Assembly: GCA_965208325.1 (NCBI GenBank)
Contig: OZ242326.1
Span: 1,408,001-1,472,000, forward strand
DNA: 64,000 nucleotides
Source: Candidatus Poribacteria bacterium
Lineage (GTDB): Bacteria; Poribacteria; WGA-4E; PCPOR2b
Reading direction: 5' to 3'
The stretch's first letter is position 1. Each line of letters begins with the position of its first letter. Made by a program: the position numbers and the translations under genes. The notes under the pieces are model-generated. The model did no database searches and was not told the origin of the DNA. It saw only the letters and a program-made list of their open reading frames with translations. Of the stretch, positions 61,675 through 64,000 are shown one piece after another.

Positions 61675-62721
61675 CTAGCTAACCTGCACGCCCAAAGATG
61701 CGGCGACGCCAACAATTGACTCCCAGACATCGTCGGCGATTGGAATTCCATCGCGTTTACGTGCGGCGCGGGTGCGAGATTCCGGGTCGCCCGGCATGAG
61801 CACCGCTTCAAATCCGGGCGCCGGCGCAATACCCCTAATGCGATCTCCCATCTCATTCACTTGGTTTGTAAACGCAGCGAACGGGCGGAACAAATCGGCC
61901 TTGAGTACAATCATCGTCACACCTTGGTGCCCCATTATAGCGCCGCCCCGGCCCGCATCCGTGAACGTATCGCTGCCCGTAAAGATTCGTCCCAGAAACT
62001 CCACCGCCATCATCAGCGCATAGCCCTTGTGTCCGCCAAACGGCAAATAAGCACCACCATCAAAATAGTCGTTTGGATCCGTGCTGGGAACACCGTCTTT
62101 GTCAACGAGACACCCGGCCGGCAGTTGAACACCCCTACGCCGCGCATCAAGGACTTTAACCCCCGACACGGCAGTCGTGGCGAAGTCGAACATCATCGGC
62201 GGCGCTTCGCCGCCAGGGAAACCCATTGCCAACGGGTTCGTATGCAGCGCCCGCTCTCGTCCGCCGTACGGGGCAGTTGCGGGCACTTCCACGCCAAACC
62301 CTCCAGCCCAGAGCATCGAAATCATACCTTCAGACGCTGCCATCTCCACATAGTGCCCGAGGCGCCCGATGTGGCAGGCTTGAACAAGGCCGACGACCGT
62401 GACATGATGTTCCTTCGCTTTTTCGATTGCGGTCTCCATCGCATACTTAGCCGTGACATGACCGAAAGCCCAGTTGCCTTTAACCAAGGCGCTTGCGGCG
62501 GTTTCGTTTAGGATTTCAGGACGCGCAGTCCCGACAATTTCGCCGGCTTGCATGCCTTTTACATAGTGCGGCAAATGCCAGACGCCGTGTGTGTCGACCC
62601 CGCTGAGGTTTGCCGACACAAGGTGTTCTGCAACAATGTCAGCGTTGTGTTCATCCGCACCGCCCTTCAGTAGAATCTCTCTGGCAAGCGCCTGAAGTGT
62701 GTCCGCAGTCTTGACTATCAT
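61675..62721 (-). CDS. Ldh family (type 2 malate/L-lactate dehydrogenase-like) oxidoreductase
   Basis: GVDTHG, HIGRLGHY, TNPLA, DFATT, GGHKGYAL, MPGDPE. Confidence 0.9.
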   Translation of the reverse strand: MIVKTADTLQALAREILLKGGADEHNADIVAEHLVSANLSGVDTHGVWHLPHYVKGMQAGEIVGTARPEILNETAASALVKGNWAFGHVTAKYAMETAIEKAKEHHVTVVGLVQACHIGRLGHYVEMAASEGMISMLWAGGFGVEVPATAPYGGRERALHTNPLAMGFPGGEAPPMMFDFATTAVSGVKVLDARRRGVQLPAGCLVDKDGVPSTDPNDYFDGGAYLPFGGHKGYALMMAVEFLGRIFTGSDTFTDAGRGGAIMGHQGVTMIVLKADLFRPFAAFTNQVNEMGDRIRGIAPAPGFEAVLMPGDPESRTRAARKRDGIPIADDVWESIVGVAASLGVQVS

Positions 62722-63038
62722 TCATCCTTCCTAACAAGTTCGTTTTAGATGTTCACGCGCTGTCCAGACGTTAGCGCCGCGTCGAACGCCCCGAATTCAG
62801 ATTGAAACCGGTCTGCCAATTTGGTAAAATAGAAATAACGCTGCTCCCAGAAATTGTAAAAACCGTTGCGTTATTCTTGCACGAAAGGCGAATAAAGTCA
62901 AGAAGATAAAGTACGGGCTATTCTGATGAGGAGATGTTTCGAACGCTTCTGCACGTCGTTGACAACAACGGCTTTCGCCGGCAATTCGCATTGTGCTTCC
63001 GTATACCCTAACACTGTTTAGGATTTACGCAGGAATTT

Positions 63039-63104
63039 GGGCGGGCACAAGACCTGACCTTACATCGCGTTCATTTCCAGTAGGGGCAACCCTTGTAGTT
63101 GCCC
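63039..63104. repeat. Inverted pair of GTAG-family REP elements
   Basis: GGGCGGGCACAAGACCTGACCTTAC (63039-63063) and GTAGGGGCAACCCTTGTAGTTGCCC (63080-63104). Confidence 0.6.
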
Positions 63105-63135
63105 CCACCATTATTGTGTAATTGGGAAGGGAAAA

Positions 63136-64000
63136 ATGGAGAAACGGACTTTAGGAAAAACTGGCCTTGAGGTGAGCCGCCTGGGCTTAGGGCTTGCCTG
63201 GATAGGATTTGAGCTGACACTGAATGAGACGCGGCAAGCCGGTGAGGTAATAAATACGGCGCTTGACGCGGGTGTGAATTTGCTCGACACCGCCGCCTGT
63301 TACGGAATCAGCGAAGAGTTAATCGGCCGCACGGTTGCGCACCGCCGCCATGAATTTTACCTAGCTACCAAATGCGGGCACGGCGGGACAGGTGCTGACT
63401 GGTCTGCAGAAACTGTCAATGAGAACATCGACCGCAGCTTGAAGCGGATGCGGACTGATTACTTGGATATCGTGCAACTGCACTCCTGCGGCGTGCACAT
63501 CCTAGAGGAGAGCGACGCCGTGCAGGCGCTATTGGATGCGAAGAAGGCGGGCAAAACGCGATTTATCGGTCACAGCGGGGATAACGAGTCCGCCCGATGG
63601 GTCATCGAGAGCGGGTTGTTCGATACGCTCCAGACCAGTTTCAACCTCATCGACCAACGCGCCCGCACACGCCTGTTTCCCGCTGCAGAAGCTAACGATA
63701 TTGGCATCATCATCAAACGCCCAATCGCCAACGCCGTGTGGCGGGCAGCCAAGAGTCCCAGCGACTATTATGACGGTTACTTTGAACGTGCGAAAATCGT
63801 GGATGCCATGGGCCCCATTCCCGGCGCCCCGGAGAACCGAATCCTGCTCCCTATGAGTTTCACGTTCGCCCACGATGCGGTGGACACGGCAATTGTCGGC
63901 ACCAAAAATCCTGAAAATATGCGCCAAAACATCGAGTTGTACAATAGCGGCCTATCAATCCCACCAGAAGCCGTTGCCGAACTGTACCGCCGCTTCGACC
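63136..64000 (+). CDS. Aldo/keto reductase (3' end runs off the window)
   Basis: Manual translation MEKRTLGKTGLEVSRLGLG...GVNLLDTAACYG.SEELIG...LATKCG...SLKRMRTDYLDIVQLHS. Confidence 0.92.
   Translation, partial: MEKRTLGKTGLEVSRLGLGLAWIGFELTLNETRQAGEVINTALDAGVNLLDTAACYGISEELIGRTVAHRRHEFYLATKCGHGGTGADWSAETVNENIDRSLKRMRTDYLDIVQLHSCGVHILEESDAVQALLDAKKAGKTRFIGHSGDNESARWVIESGLFDTLQTSFNLIDQRARTRLFPAAEANDIGIIIKRPIANAVWRAAKSPSDYYDGYFERAKIVDAMGPIPGAPENRILLPMSFTFAHDAVDTAIVGTKNPENMRQNIELYNSGLSIPPEAVAELYRRFD

Overview
Bacterial chromosome segment. The protein repertoire (secreted protein with a dockerin-like EF-hand repeat and NYPNPFNPETWIPY C-terminal module, PhyH dioxygenase, Gfo/Idh/MocA oxidoreductases, NHL/TPR/PQQ-repeat proteins) suggests Candidatus Poribacteria or a similar lineage; this is inference. 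Housekeeping genes include a succinate dehydrogenase operon, hflX, bioD, a family 4 uracil-DNA glycosylase, hisH, an NtrB/NtrC-like pair and an FMN-riboswitch-controlled ribD-ribE-ribBA-ribH operon. Two regions stand out. (1) An island at about 21.5-35.9 kb holds three paralogous membrane-anchored ECF sigma factors fused to interchangeable extracytoplasmic modules (carboxypeptidase-regulatory-like repeats ending in a CxxC-less thioredoxin-like fold or a C-type lectin). All three share an upstream AAC-N18-GTCTA ECF-type promoter motif and an internal in-frame AGGAGG-N7-ATG start right after the sigma-4 domain. A sigma-less secreted lectin paralog and duplicated DUF433/DUF5615 toxin-antitoxin remnants lie between them. 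(2) The sdh operon is a hybrid with one flavoprotein, two different Fe-S subunits and two different membrane anchors (cytochrome b and CCG/HdrB-like). Also present: a probable type II restriction-modification pair, a Rad50/SbcC-like ATPase with no adjacent nuclease, and REP-like elements. No rRNA, tRNA, CRISPR array or transposase was recognised.
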